From Actinomycetota bacterium (GTDB taxonomy: Bacteria > Acidobacteriota > Terriglobia > Terriglobales > Acidobacteriaceae), in the NCBI GenBank assembly GCA_050258305.1, contig JBLMYN010000552.1, forward strand, positions 1 to 41,679: 41,679 nucleotides of DNA, given 5' to 3'. The notes under the pieces are model-generated. The model was not told the DNA's origin and searched no databases. It saw only the letters and a program-made list of their open reading frames with translations. Below are positions 1-10,180 of this stretch, piece by piece. Made by a program: the position numbers and the translations under genes. Position 1 is the stretch's first letter. Every line of letters begins with the position of its first letter.

Positions 1-21
1 ATCGAGCTTCCTAAGTAATCA

Positions 22-55
22 AGCCCGCGAGGCCGACTTGCGTGCCGAGCGGGCT
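22..55 (-). terminator. Candidate stem-loop downstream of hpf
   Basis: 7-bp GC-rich inverted repeat (22-28 pairs with 49-55) around a loop of about 20 nt. On the minus strand it is followed by TTGATTACTT, which is only a weak U-tract. Confidence 0.25.
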
Positions 56-122
56 CTTTCAGGTGCAGTTAAAATCTTGTCACGAGGACAACGTCAAGCG
101 GTTTGGAGCGCAGCGACAGAAA

Positions 123-725
123 TCAAAGAGGCGCTTCAATCAACTCGATCTTGCCGTCCTTTTTGCGGTGCAAGACCTTCACCTGGCCCTCCAGATCGCG
201 AAAGACGAACACGTCCCGGTCGCGGAATTCACATTCCTTCACGGCCTCTTCCAGCGTCAGCGGCTTGTGAGAAACCGAGTTGGAGCTCCTGACAATATGC
301 GTTTCAGTGAAGCGAACATTGTTAGGGAACGAATGTACTTTCACGGGAACAGCCGTCTTGATATCGCCGCCCACGGCGATTGCCGGCGAAACCTCTTCGG
401 GAACTGACGCAACCTGGCGTTTACGGGCTTTCTGCTTTTTGCTCTTCCACCGGGTCTTATACTTCACTGCCTGGCGTTCAATCTTGTCGAGGGCAGTGCC
501 GATGGCGATCGTCATGTCATTCGCCTGATGGAGCCCCACAATGGGTGCGTGATTTCGCACCGCGACAGTGATCTCCGCAATGGAACGGTGCTTTTCCACG
601 GACAGGACCACATGCGTCTGGAAATTGCTGCCTAAATGTTTTTTGAGTTTTTCCAGCCCGCTTTGGACCTGCTTGCGGGCTGCGGGAGTGACTTCAAATT
701 GCCGGCCAGTATATTCCACGTTCAT
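123..725 (-). CDS. hpf: Ribosome hibernation promoting factor, long form (S30AE / sigma-54 modulation protein)
   Basis: Translation MNVEYTGRQFEVTPAARKQV... has an N-terminal S30AE fold and a C-terminal dimerisation domain (KPLTLEEAVKE...FVFRD). The ATG at 725 is preceded by GGAGGGGAG, so the longer track ORF starting at 788 is probably an over-extension. It lies directly downstream of rpoN, the classical synteny. Confidence 0.9.
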   Translation of the reverse strand: MNVEYTGRQFEVTPAARKQVQSGLEKLKKHLGSNFQTHVVLSVEKHRSIAEITVAVRNHAPIVGLHQANDMTIAIGTALDKIERQAVKYKTRWKSKKQKARKRQVASVPEEVSPAIAVGGDIKTAVPVKVHSFPNNVRFTETHIVRSSNSVSHKPLTLEEAVKECEFRDRDVFVFRDLEGQVKVLHRKKDGKIELIEAPL

Positions 726-858
726 TTGACTCCCCTCCTGGTAGACATCCTTCTGGAGTCGTCTGAGTGGTGCCCGGAAGAATGGCACACATACAGGCGC
801 CTTGCCGTGTTTTTTTCGGGGAAACGCTCGCTCTCGCGCAGCGGGTCTCCCTCTGCAG

Positions 859-2550
859 CTAGTTTTTTAACCTCCTTTGGTGCGTGCTGGGAATTTTCAT
901 GTCTTCGCGATATTTTGCCACCGTACGCCGCGTCACCTGGATTCCCTGCGACTGCAGGATTTTCGTAATCTGCTCATCAGTGAGCGGGTGCGCATGGTCT
1001 TCTTCTTCAATAAGTTTTTTGACCCGGCGCTTCAGGATCAGTAACGACGTGCCGGCGCCTTCCGGTCCCTGTACGCTTTCTGAAAAGAAGAAGCGCAGTT
1101 CATATACGCCCTGTTGTGTATGCACGTACTTATTGGCGACGGCCCGGCTCACCGTGGAAGGATGCACGCCGATCTCTTCCGCCACTTCCTTGATCATCAT
1201 GGGCTTGAGCAGATCAATGCCGTGGTCCAGAAAGTCGCGTTGCCGGCCTATGATCGCCTGGCAGACTTTCAGGATCGTTTGCCGCCGCTGTTCAATGTTT
1301 TTGATCAACTGCACGGCGGATTTATACCGCTCTTTTACGTATGACTTGACGTCCTTTTCCACGCCCTGGTTCTGGTGAAGCATCCTGCGGTAGGTGGGAC
1401 TCACACGGAGCTGGGGCAGGTCTTCATCGTTCATCAGTACAAGAAATTCATCGCCGTGCTTTACGAATGCCACATCCGGCTCTATCAGCCTTGGTTCAAC
1501 CTTGTTGTAGCGCAGGCCTGGCTTGGGATCGAGCGTGCGAATAAATTCGTGCGCCTGGATCACGGACTCCACCGTCCGTCCGATCGCTCGCGCAATCTCT
1601 TTGTACTGCTTGTTCTGCAGGAAGTGGAGTTGTCCATCCACGATCTTCAGCGCGTCTTCCACAACCTGGTCGTTTTCCGGGTCTTCAGAACCTTCCATTT
1701 CGCGCGTCTCGCGCAGGTGCTCAAGCTGCGCCAGCAGACACTCGCGCAGATCCCGCGCAGCCACGCCCACCGGGTCAAAATGCCGGATAAGCTGGATTGC
1801 CTGGCGCAGATCGTCACGCGTGAACTGCAGTACTGGCGACAGGTGAGAATTCTGCGCCGGAGCTTGTCCTGCCGGCGGTGGAGTGTGCGACACCACCAGC
1901 TCAAGGTGTGAGGGATCGTCTCTGCCGGCGAGTGATTCGTCAGCCGGAACGGCAGAGGCCTCGCCGTTTCCAGTGTCCGGCCGCTGATCCGGCGGCGCAG
2001 CTACGATTCCAAGAAGCTCATCTTCTGACGCCGTCAGATAACCTTCTTCATTCAGATTGCCGATGACCAGTTCAGCCGCTGCCTGCACCTGCGTGCTTAC
2101 ATTGAGCGATCCGAGCTGCCACATCAGGTGGTCAGTGAGATTCGATGGTTTGGAAAGAAAATTTTCGAAGGAGGGACGTTCGATTTCTTCAAGATCGCTT
2201 GAACTGCGATATCCCGGATCCAGATAGTCCCGGAAGAAAGAGCCAAAATCGATTTCATCGAATGGATCCTTCTTCACGCCGTCAGGGGCCGGCTCCTGGA
2301 CCTGGTTTGCATCCTGCCTTTCCTGCGCCGTTTCGCGCTCGCGCGCTTCTTCGCGGCCCGCCACTTCATCCAGCAGAGGAACAGAAGAATCCAATTCCTC
2401 CAGGACCGGGTTCTCCACCATTTCAGTATTGATCATCTCCCGGAGTTCAAGCTTGTTGAGCGCCAGAACGCTCACCATCTGGACCAGCCCCGGCGTCAGG
2501 ATCTGCTTTTGAGAAACCTTCAGGTTCAGCTTGTTCTGGAGTAATACCAT
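859..2550 (-). CDS. rpoN: RNA polymerase sigma-54 factor
   Basis: N-terminal region I (LKVSQKQILTPGLVQMVSVLALNKLEL), an acidic region II, a core-binding region and the C-terminal RpoN box (RRTVAKYRE). Confidence 0.95.
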   Translation of the reverse strand: MVLLQNKLNLKVSQKQILTPGLVQMVSVLALNKLELREMINTEMVENPVLEELDSSVPLLDEVAGREEARERETAQERQDANQVQEPAPDGVKKDPFDEIDFGSFFRDYLDPGYRSSSDLEEIERPSFENFLSKPSNLTDHLMWQLGSLNVSTQVQAAAELVIGNLNEEGYLTASEDELLGIVAAPPDQRPDTGNGEASAVPADESLAGRDDPSHLELVVSHTPPPAGQAPAQNSHLSPVLQFTRDDLRQAIQLIRHFDPVGVAARDLRECLLAQLEHLRETREMEGSEDPENDQVVEDALKIVDGQLHFLQNKQYKEIARAIGRTVESVIQAHEFIRTLDPKPGLRYNKVEPRLIEPDVAFVKHGDEFLVLMNDEDLPQLRVSPTYRRMLHQNQGVEKDVKSYVKERYKSAVQLIKNIEQRRQTILKVCQAIIGRQRDFLDHGIDLLKPMMIKEVAEEIGVHPSTVSRAVANKYVHTQQGVYELRFFFSESVQGPEGAGTSLLILKRRVKKLIEEEDHAHPLTDEQITKILQSQGIQVTRRTVAKYREDMKIPSTHQRRLKN

Positions 2551-2683
2551 TCTTCCCTGATTTGTCCCTGTTCCCTGTTTTCTAGCTTCTTATATTTTGG
2601 CACCGTACAGTCGTCGGCAAAAGGGTACGCCCGTAATTTTCGCGCTACAGTTGGCGCTTCCCTTTCGCAATCATCGTCTCCCG

Positions 2684-3412
2684 CTATACGAATGAGAAAC
2701 TCTCTCCCAGATACACCCTTTTCACCTCGGGGTCGTTCCCAAGCTGCTCAGGAGTGCCCGTCCGGAAAATCCGTCCTTCGTTGATGATGTAAGCCCGGTC
2801 AGTTACGGAAAGTGTTTCCCGCACGTTATGGTCAGTGATCAAGACCCCGATTCCGCTTCCCTTTAAGTCAAAGATTATCTTCTGCAAATCCAGCACGGCA
2901 ATCGGGTCGATGCCCGAGAAGGGCTCGTCCAGCAAAATGAATTTCGGAGCAATGCACAGGGCGCGCGCAATTTCCACGCGTCTCCGTTCTCCGCCCGATA
3001 AAGCGTAACCCATGTTGTTGCGAATGTGGCCAAGGCCAAGCTCGTCAATCAACTGGTCGCGCTTTTTCCGCCGTTCCTGCCATGACAGGCGCTGCACTTC
3101 CAGCACCGCCATGATGTTTTCCTCCACCGTCAGCTTGCGAAAGACCGACGGCTCCTGAGGCAGATAACTGATTCCGTAGTCACGCGCCCGCAAATACATG
3201 GGAACGTCAGTGATGTCCTCACCATCCACCAGGATCCGACCGCTGTCGGGCGGCACCAACCCCACTGTCATATAGAACGTTGTTGTCTTGCCGGCGCCAT
3301 TGGGACCGAGAAGGCCGACTACCTCGGCCTGGTTGATGCGGAGAGTGACGCCGTTCACCACCCTGCGACCGCGGTACGATTTCGCGATGTCGTCCGTCGC
3401 CAGGGTCTGCAT
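2684..3412 (-). CDS. lptB: LPS export ABC transporter ATP-binding protein
   Basis: Walker [10 protein letters not shown], signature LSGGERRR, Walker B ILLDEP. About 240 aa. Its start overlaps the upstream Lpt gene stop in a TAATG junction, and it lies upstream of rpoN. Confidence 0.9.
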   Translation of the reverse strand: MQTLATDDIAKSYRGRRVVNGVTLRINQAEVVGLLGPNGAGKTTTFYMTVGLVPPDSGRILVDGEDITDVPMYLRARDYGISYLPQEPSVFRKLTVEENIMAVLEVQRLSWQERRKKRDQLIDELGLGHIRNNMGYALSGGERRRVEIARALCIAPKFILLDEPFSGIDPIAVLDLQKIIFDLKGSGIGVLITDHNVRETLSVTDRAYIINEGRIFRTGTPEQLGNDPEVKRVYLGESFSFV

Positions 3413-5643
3413 TACTTCATGCTCGCGTCTCGAATCCTAGTTGGGGTTAGGCTCTGTGAAGTTTGTCTGCCTATCAGCACCCTACCATCGTGGGTATAGA
3501 AAGTCAACGAATCACCCGAGATCTGGCCGTGTTCGGCATCAAAAATGCTAGGCCTTTTGCCCGCTCCCCCCGTCAAGACGAACTTCTGGTCCTGGGCGGT
3601 ATACACCAACCGGCTGCCGGTGGCCTTGCGTCCGGGTTGTTGAATCGCGATATCTCCTTGCGCCACAATATGATCCAACTGATTGCCTGCTTTATTGCCG
3701 GTCTGTTCGCGAGAGGCGAGAAGTACCTGAATTGTCCTGGCGCTCATGGTAAAGTCCTCTCCCCGAAGCTGGACGTTCCCGCTGAACACGGCCTTTCGGT
3801 CAGAATCCATGTAAGAGAGCCGGTCAGAAGTGACGTTCACGGGGGTCGACCGGCCGGTTTTTTCCGGGGCTACGAATACTGAGCTCACCCGGCCACCCGG
3901 GCCTGCCTGAGCGAGGAGGCTGCGACGCGATTTGTCGAAAGTCAGGCTGGGGGCTTCGACAATATTTTGCCCCTGCCAGAGCCGGGCGGCTGTGTAATGC
4001 GCCACTCCTCCGCCTTCACTGGCTGTGACCGTGGTACCGGTCACATGGACAGGCTCCCCCGACGCCAGCATGGCTCCATTCGCCTGCGGCTTCAGATCGT
4101 TGTAGGTGGTCTTTACGTTGCCACGGGCAATGGCGCTGCCGGTCTTGCGGCTCAGCACAACGGTATCAGCGGTCAGCGCAAAGCCGGCATCAACGATCCT
4201 TGGAGACCCGGTCAGAGTAAAACTCTCATTGGCCGCGGTATAGTGGGCCCGGTCAGCAGTGGCTGTCCTGGAGCCTTCCTGGTAATGGAACGCGCCTATC
4301 AGATCGGCTCCAGTGATCTGGCCTCTGCTGTTAAAGCTTGCGCTGATCTCATTGCCGATTGCCGTACGCTCCGGACGGCCGGCCGTAGAGGAAATGATCC
4401 TGGCGTTGGGGCTCCCGACAACCGAGCTCAAACGGTTCTCACTGTTGAATTTCGCTTGAAATTGATCAGCGCTGATTGTGGTTACAGATGTCTTTTGAGC
4501 AGTTTCCGTGACTACCAGTTGTGCCGGGCCGTTCGAGGTGACGGCCTTCTCCAGGCGCTTCCCGGGCTTCACATAAATATCAAGAGCTTCAGCCTTGATC
4601 TGCTGAGACTTGGCGGCGGTGCTCTGCGTGATATCGACGGCATCCTCAAGGCGCGCCTTGTTGACGCGACCTTTGGGACCAAAGGACACCAGAAGCCGGC
4701 CCGCCCGCCCCTGAGCCGGCGCCGAGCCGCGTGCTACAAAAGATACCCCGCCTGATGCCATTCCGGAACGAGGCTGGTTGTTCTTGGCCATCAGGATCTC
4801 TCCCTGTGGCGCATTTACTTCAAACCCGCGCTGGCCGGTTCCGGATGCGTGAAGATTCCCCTGGCCAATGATTCGGTCGATAGAGTTGTCATCGCGCAAA
4901 ACGATTGAAAGCCTGTCAGCGCTCAAATTGTCCGGCGGCTCATGAACCTGCGCATCGTAGAGCACAATCTGTCTTGGATTTCTGCTGATCGTGCCCTTGT
5001 CAGCAACGAGGCTCGAGCCCTGCTTCTCCAGGCTCAAGATTCTTACCGACGATTTCAGGGTCAGCACCCCTTTGTGGGAGTCATAGATCGCTCCCTGAGC
5101 CGAACCGCTGGCCGTCGGTATGCGAAATTCAATCGCCTGGTCCGTGCTCGCCACTCCGCTGTTTTTATTGAAGGTGAGTCCGCTGGTTTTTACGTGGACA
5201 ACATTCCTTGTTTCCTGGGCTGGAGCCTGGTTCGCCTCAGGGCTGCCGGCTGAATTCACATCCAGATCAATGCGAACTTCGCCTTGAGCGGTGATATCTC
5301 CGGTTTTCTGATCATAGGAGAACCGCGACCCGTAAATCTCGTCGGAGCGGTCCTGGTCACGTCCATAAACAATAATGCTTACGTCCCAGAGCTCCGCCTT
5401 GCCTCCTTCCCTGTACTGCTGGAAACTGGCGGCACGGATTGTGAACAGCGTCTTGCCGCCTTCCGACTGGGAAAAGGTAAACCCTTTGCCGCTTTTCTCT
5501 ACATTGCCCGGTATGCTCCTGGGCAGTTGAGCGACAGGCACGCTTTTCAAAATGCCGCGGAGATAAAAAAACGCCGCCACCAGCACCGCAAGGATGGCTC
5601 CTGCGGCAAACAATCTCCTGAGGCGCTTCGTATCGAGAGGCAT
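3412..5643 (-). CDS. Membrane-anchored LptC/LptA (OstA-like) multi-domain protein
   Basis: N-terminal TM helix ([18 protein letters not shown]). Repeated OstA/LptA-like segments follow along 743 aa (ADRLSIV..., [17 protein letters not shown]..., [21 protein letters not shown]..., [16 protein letters not shown]...). It sits immediately 5' of lptB. Confidence 0.7.
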   Translation of the reverse strand: MPLDTKRLRRLFAAGAILAVLVAAFFYLRGILKSVPVAQLPRSIPGNVEKSGKGFTFSQSEGGKTLFTIRAASFQQYREGGKAELWDVSIIVYGRDQDRSDEIYGSRFSYDQKTGDITAQGEVRIDLDVNSAGSPEANQAPAQETRNVVHVKTSGLTFNKNSGVASTDQAIEFRIPTASGSAQGAIYDSHKGVLTLKSSVRILSLEKQGSSLVADKGTISRNPRQIVLYDAQVHEPPDNLSADRLSIVLRDDNSIDRIIGQGNLHASGTGQRGFEVNAPQGEILMAKNNQPRSGMASGGVSFVARGSAPAQGRAGRLLVSFGPKGRVNKARLEDAVDITQSTAAKSQQIKAEALDIYVKPGKRLEKAVTSNGPAQLVVTETAQKTSVTTISADQFQAKFNSENRLSSVVGSPNARIISSTAGRPERTAIGNEISASFNSRGQITGADLIGAFHYQEGSRTATADRAHYTAANESFTLTGSPRIVDAGFALTADTVVLSRKTGSAIARGNVKTTYNDLKPQANGAMLASGEPVHVTGTTVTASEGGGVAHYTAARLWQGQNIVEAPSLTFDKSRRSLLAQAGPGGRVSSVFVAPEKTGRSTPVNVTSDRLSYMDSDRKAVFSGNVQLRGEDFTMSARTIQVLLASREQTGNKAGNQLDHIVAQGDIAIQQPGRKATGSRLVYTAQDQKFVLTGGAGKRPSIFDAEHGQISGDSLTFYTHDGRVLIGRQTSQSLTPTRIRDASMK

Positions 5644-5780
5644 CTGCTTTAATCATACCTTCTCGTCCCGAGATGCTGGTGAAAACGCGCGAAGATCCCG
5701 TCACGCAGGCAAGGTCGTTCTTTAACGAGTGGCTCAGAGATGCCAGGCGCGTGTAGTCCCGCCCTCAAAGAACAGAATTC

Positions 5781-5804
5781 CTGGTCCAAGGGAGACTGGA
5801 CCAG
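5781..5804 (-). terminator. Candidate hairpin after the RDD gene
   Basis: CTGGTCC (5781-5787) pairs with GGACCAG (5798-5804) around a 10-nt loop. On the minus strand it is followed by GAATTCTGTTCTTTG, a moderate U-tract. Confidence 0.35.
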
Positions 5805-5825
5805 CCGACGCGACGAAACAAGGCG

Positions 5826-6470
5826 CTAATATCGCAACACCTGCGTGCTGCAGATGATGTCGTGGAGCCCGCGCTTTCGTTCCATGAAGGCGACCATGAT
5901 AAAGCCCACGTACATCACCCAACCAGACAGGATTTTGGCGAAGAAGCGGGCAGTGGAGCGGCCGAAGCTGATCTTATTGCCGAAATCATCAGTCACTTTG
6001 AGGCCCAGAATGCGCTTACCCACCGTGCCCTGCCACGAAGAACTGGTCAGCAATGCTTCATACAGCCAACTGCCGCAGAAAACGATGATAAAGAACAAGC
6101 TCGTCGATGCCAATATCGAGAAAACAATCTCAGGTCCGGGAGGTTGCTGGCTGGACTGTGCTTCGTGGATCACTCGTAAGATTGACGGGAAAACCAGAAG
6201 CAAAAAGAAAGGCAATGTCGCCGCGCTGAGCAACAACTGGTCCACCAGATACGCTGCAACGCGTATCCAGAACCCGCCGTAATCTCGTTCAGGCAGCACC
6301 GCTATGGCGGCAGACGCAGGAGCAGCCGCTGCAGGATAGCTACCTGATGTCAAAGAACCGGACGCTGCAACTGCCTCCGTCCTGAGCCCTGCCCCGCATT
6401 TTTGGCAAAAGATGGCGCCCACGGCGCTCTGCGCGCCGCACTGAGAACAGAAAAGAAGATTATTTGCCAT
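5826..6470 (-). CDS. RDD family membrane protein with N-terminal zinc ribbon
   Basis: CSQCG...CQKCG double CxxC, followed by an RDD-type multi-TM domain (WIRVAAYLVDQLLL..., GLHDIICSTQVLR). The start is placed at MANNLLF (6470). The track ORF extends to 6512, inside recJ. Confidence 0.75.
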   Translation of the reverse strand: MANNLLFCSQCGAQSAVGAIFCQKCGAGLRTEAVAASGSLTSGSYPAAAAPASAAIAVLPERDYGGFWIRVAAYLVDQLLLSAATLPFFLLLVFPSILRVIHEAQSSQQPPGPEIVFSILASTSLFFIIVFCGSWLYEALLTSSSWQGTVGKRILGLKVTDDFGNKISFGRSTARFFAKILSGWVMYVGFIMVAFMERKRGLHDIICSTQVLRY

Positions 6471-8259
6471 CAAGCGGAATATAAACAGGGCTTCGTTCGC
6501 TGTAAACAGCAATTGCTGCAGATTTCCTGAAGTCTTCCAGCATCAGTTCCAGGCCTCCAAAGTCAGGGTGAAAGTTCATGGCCACTTTAAACGCGAGATC
6601 CAGACGGTCCCCTGCCTGCAGATTCGCCTCGCCAAGCCGCTCCGCCATGCGCCATCCCACCGCCTCATAGTTAAAGCTTTGCTTTAAGCCATCGCGCTTC
6701 TGGTTTACCCGCAATTTGATGTGTTTATCCTTGATGATCCTGGGGGGCAGGAGCAGGTTCACAGATCCGGCGGAAAAAACCGGCTCTGGGTTTCCCTGAC
6801 CGAACGGTTCCATGCGGGCGAGCGTTTGCATCAGTCCTGGGGTGACTTCACTGAGGGGCAATTCCGCGTCAATGGACAGTTCTGGTTCAAGATCTTCCAG
6901 TTTAAGTCGAGACTGCGCAAATTGGTTCAAGCGATACTTTAACTCTGATACCTGCGCACTGGGTAACGCAAAGCCAACCGCATGAGAGTGGCCGCCGAAG
7001 CGGGTGAAAAGTTCGTGGCAGCACTCGAGCGCATCCAGAAGGTGAAGCGCTGAGATTGATCTTCCTGAGCCATGCGCCTCTTCTCCCTCTACGGCGATCA
7101 CCAACGCGGGACGTCCGGTCTTCTCAACCACGCGCGAGGCCACAATGCCAACCACCCCCCTGTGCCAGCCTTCGCCATCGAAAACCATACAGAATCTTTC
7201 CTTGAGATCCGGGTCGGCGGCCAGTTGCGACTCTATCTCCGCTACAATCCGCGCTTCTTCGTTCTGGCGTTCCGCGTTGAGCTGGTCCAGCTTCTGGGCA
7301 ATTTCCCGGCAACGCTGCAGATCCTTGCAGGTAAATAGCTCAATCACATCTCTGGCCACGTCCATGCGCCCGGCGGCGTTGATGCGCGGCCCCAGACGAA
7401 AGCCCACGTCACTGGCAGAGAGCGCCCGCCCAAGTCCTGCCAGCCCGGAAACTTCCATCAAGGCTTTCAGGCCGCCGTTCACCGGTTTGCGCAGCCCCTC
7501 AAGACCGAGGCGTGCAATCGCCCGGTTTTCGTCGATGAGCGGCACAGCATCCGCGATGGTCGCCATCGCCACCATTTTTAGAAAGGACGGGATCAGTTTT
7601 GCCTGGTCCGCCGAGTCTTTGAACCTGGCAAACAGCGCCTGGGCGATTTTGAATGCGACGCCCGCGCCGCACAGCGCCTTGCAGGGGTAATGGCAACCCT
7701 GCTGGTTGGGGTTGAGCACGGCCAACGCGTTCGGTACGCCATGACTCGCTTCCGGCAGGTGATGATCGGTAACAATCAGGTCGACGCCAACTCGCTGGGC
7801 TGTTTCGGCAGCCTGAAATGCGCGAATGCCCGTATCGACGCTGATTACCAGCTTCACGCCTGCAGCGGCGGCACGTTCGATTACATCATCCTTGATTCCG
7901 TAGCCTTCCTTGATGCGGTGCGGCACGTGGAAATCGGCCGTCCCTCCGCAAAGTTCGATCGCCGTCTTTAGAATGACTACTGCCGTGGTGCCATCCACGT
8001 CGTAGTCGCCGTAGATCAGCGTCAGCTCATGGCGGGCGATGGCGGCAGAGATGCGCTCAATCGCTTCCCGCATCCCCAGCATGAGGTAGGGCGAATGCAA
8101 CTGCTCAAGGGAAGGAGACAGGAACGCGTCTGCCTGCGAGACGCCGGTGATCCCGCGCAAGATAAGAAGGCGAGCCAGCAGGGGCGGGAGTGCCGCTTCC
8201 TGTGCGAGCCGTTGAACTGCGGCAGGATCAGGGTTCAGATATGTCCAGCGCATTGGCAC
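6460..8259 (-). CDS. recJ: Single-stranded-DNA-specific exonuclease RecJ
   Basis: DHH motifs (YGDYDVDGTT, VSVDTG, VTDHH), DHHA1 motif (FGGHSHAVG) and a C-terminal OB-like region. 599 aa. Confidence 0.9.
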   Translation of the reverse strand: MPMRWTYLNPDPAAVQRLAQEAALPPLLARLLILRGITGVSQADAFLSPSLEQLHSPYLMLGMREAIERISAAIARHELTLIYGDYDVDGTTAVVILKTAIELCGGTADFHVPHRIKEGYGIKDDVIERAAAAGVKLVISVDTGIRAFQAAETAQRVGVDLIVTDHHLPEASHGVPNALAVLNPNQQGCHYPCKALCGAGVAFKIAQALFARFKDSADQAKLIPSFLKMVAMATIADAVPLIDENRAIARLGLEGLRKPVNGGLKALMEVSGLAGLGRALSASDVGFRLGPRINAAGRMDVARDVIELFTCKDLQRCREIAQKLDQLNAERQNEEARIVAEIESQLAADPDLKERFCMVFDGEGWHRGVVGIVASRVVEKTGRPALVIAVEGEEAHGSGRSISALHLLDALECCHELFTRFGGHSHAVGFALPSAQVSELKYRLNQFAQSRLKLEDLEPELSIDAELPLSEVTPGLMQTLARMEPFGQGNPEPVFSAGSVNLLLPPRIIKDKHIKLRVNQKRDGLKQSFNYEAVGWRMAERLGEANLQAGDRLDLAFKVAMNFHPDFGGLELMLEDFRKSAAIAVYSERSPVYIPLDGK

Positions 8260-8268
8260 CAGCCGGAC

Positions 8269-8733
8269 CTAGTCTTCTTCCGGGTCTGAATCGTCAATCA
8301 GGATACCGTCGTAATCGTCCGCGGCGTCTTCCAGTCGTTGAAAAGATTCGTACCACTCCGTGGAGATTTCGTACGTGAAGATGACTCCCTGGCAGGGAAA
8401 GCCGAGCTGAATCAGCCCGACCTTGCCGACAAAGTCACGCAGCCAGCGGGCCTCTTCCACATCTTCCTCGCTCATGTACTCGATTTCCTGCAGCCGGTTG
8501 AGGAGCAGATCAACGTCTTCCTTCTCGAGTTCCACAAAACTCATGGTGACAAAGCTAACGCCGGAGGCTTTGGCCAGTTCGACAAAGTCCTTCCATCCGT
8601 CAGGATGGTCTTCATCGATCGCCCATGCCACTGTGGGAACATCCTCGCCTACGTACGCATTGAACCTGCGCAGGCCGTGGCCCTCAATAAAGGCGATCAT
8701 GTCATCTCTTACACTGTGAAGGTCGTGTTCCAT
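8269..8733 (-). CDS. Hypothetical, strongly acidic cytoplasmic protein
   Basis: 154-aa ORF packed between the kinase gene and recJ, with a 9-nt gap to recJ. No family recognised. By my count it has about 40 D/E against about 11 K/R. The tail reads DDYDGILIDDSDPEED. Confidence 0.6.
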   Translation of the reverse strand: MEHDLHSVRDDMIAFIEGHGLRRFNAYVGEDVPTVAWAIDEDHPDGWKDFVELAKASGVSFVTMSFVELEKEDVDLLLNRLQEIEYMSEEDVEEARWLRDFVGKVGLIQLGFPCQGVIFTYEISTEWYESFQRLEDAADDYDGILIDDSDPEED

Positions 8734-8773
8734 TCTGTGATAGAGACATCATATCGCGTTCCAGCGCCGGGGA

Positions 8774-9787
8774 TTAAACAAACGGCATGTCGTAGGAGAG
8801 GGGCAAGGCGACTACAGCCTCACATCCGCTGCGGTCAGTACGGTTGGAAAGCTGCAGTACTCCCCCGTGCCCTTCGGCAATTTGACGGCTGAGAATCAGC
8901 CCTATGCCGCTTCCGCCGTGCTTGGTAGTGAAGAAAGGCACAAAAAGATTGTCACTGTTGAGAAGGCCTGGCCCCTCATCACGGATGAAGATCTCCACAC
9001 TGCGCGCGTTGGTCCGCCAGCCCACTTCCACCGAACCAGCCTGCTTGAGCGAGGGATCCAGCGACGCGTCAACGGCATTGCGGATCACGTTAATCAGCAA
9101 CTGCTCAAGCTGATCAGGATCAGCTTCAATCGAAACCCGCGGCCCCTCAAGCGTGCGCACGACGAGCCGCCGCTCAAGCGATGCGACCCGGTGGACCAGC
9201 GGGCCAACGTCAATTCTTGTGCGTGACGGCGCCGGCATGCGCGCCAGTTGTGTATACGCCTGCATGAACCGGCTGAGCGATTCCACACGATTCTCAATCA
9301 CGCGCAGGCCCTGCCGCATGTCCTGAGTCACGTCTTCCGGCAGCTCAGCCCGGGAAGTCAGTGACGCCAGGGTTCCGGCGATTGACTTGATGGGCGCCAG
9401 CGAATTGTTGAGTTCGTGCCCGAGCACGCGAATCAGCCGCTGCCATGCCTGGCGCTCCTCTTCCCGGAGCGCGCGACTCAGGTCAGAAATGATGAGCAGT
9501 TGGTGCGGGATGCCGTTTTCCCTGAAGCTGGTCTGGCTGATGGCCCAGCGTCCATGCTTTCCCGGAAACGTCATCTGTACCGTCTGCGGCTCCGTCGATT
9601 GCAGAAATTCCTGCAGCCCCAGCTCCTGTGCGGTGAGGCCCAGCATCCGCGGAGCGATGCGCCCCATGAGCTGCTCGCCGGCGCGGTTGACAATGCTCAG
9701 GCGCTGTTGCTGATCGAACGTAAACACCGCCACATCGATTTCCATCAGCACTTTTTTGAGCAGCGCTGTGGCCTCAAGGGCGCTCAC
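8774..9787 (-). CDS. Sensor histidine kinase, PAS-HisKA-HATPase portion (C-terminal fragment)
   Basis: PAS-like segment, H-box HELNNSLAPI, N-box VIRNAVDAS, G-boxes DEGPGL and GGSGIGL. The track start is a GTG. It is in the same frame as the upstream 127-aa ORF, and one TAA separates the two. Confidence 0.8.
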   Translation of the reverse strand: MSALEATALLKKVLMEIDVAVFTFDQQQRLSIVNRAGEQLMGRIAPRMLGLTAQELGLQEFLQSTEPQTVQMTFPGKHGRWAISQTSFRENGIPHQLLIISDLSRALREEERQAWQRLIRVLGHELNNSLAPIKSIAGTLASLTSRAELPEDVTQDMRQGLRVIENRVESLSRFMQAYTQLARMPAPSRTRIDVGPLVHRVASLERRLVVRTLEGPRVSIEADPDQLEQLLINVIRNAVDASLDPSLKQAGSVEVGWRTNARSVEIFIRDEGPGLLNSDNLFVPFFTTKHGGSGIGLILSRQIAEGHGGVLQLSNRTDRSGCEAVVALPLSYDMPFV

Positions 9788-9796
9788 CTTCTGCTG

Positions 9797-10180
9797 TTAA
9801 AGTCGCGTAGCAAGAGCGTTGATTTCGTAAATGAGATCGGCCAGGGAATCTTCCCTGCCGCCGCCGCGCAGGCGAAATGAAAAATCATCTTCCCGAATTG
9901 CCGCCACCATGTTGGAAAGGGTCTGGAGTGGGCGGATGAGCTGGCTGTGCAAAGCTGACGATCCGATCATCCACGCCAGGGCAATAAACAGCGTGATGGT
10001 CCACTTGAATTCCACGGAGTGACCGCTCAGCCAGAGGAGAATTTCGGCCACCAGAATGCCCGGGGCGCTGATCAGCAGTGTCATCAGCGTGATGCGAGCA
10101 TCAAAGTTCAGCCGGCTTCGTCTCGGCGGTCCGTGAGACAGTGAGACGGAGCTGAACGGATGCAGCGGGTCAGAGGCCAT
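9797..10180 (-). CDS. Sensor histidine kinase, TM-HAMP portion (N-terminal fragment)
   Basis: Two TM helices followed by a HAMP-like segment (LIRPLQTLSNMVAAIREDDFSFRL...LADLIYEINALATRL). It ends at a TAA. Its ATG overlaps the regulator stop by 11 nt. Confidence 0.7.
   Translation of the reverse strand: MASDPLHPFSSVSLSHGPPRRSRLNFDARITLMTLLISAPGILVAEILLWLSGHSVEFKWTITLFIALAWMIGSSALHSQLIRPLQTLSNMVAAIREDDFSFRLRGGGREDSLADLIYEINALATRL

Noticed and set aside
783-798. TGGCAC hexamer (sigma-54 -24 element look-alike) between rpoN and hpf
   Set aside because: It lies on the plus strand, opposite to all neighbouring genes. The -12 position reads CAGG rather than TTGC at the required spacing.
9797-9799. 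Possibility that the stop inside the histidine kinase is a recoding site like the Grx TGA
   Set aside because: The codon is TAA, which is not a selenocysteine or pyrrolysine codon, and it is not at a catalytic residue. A nonsense mutation, a sequencing error or a split gene are the sensible explanations.
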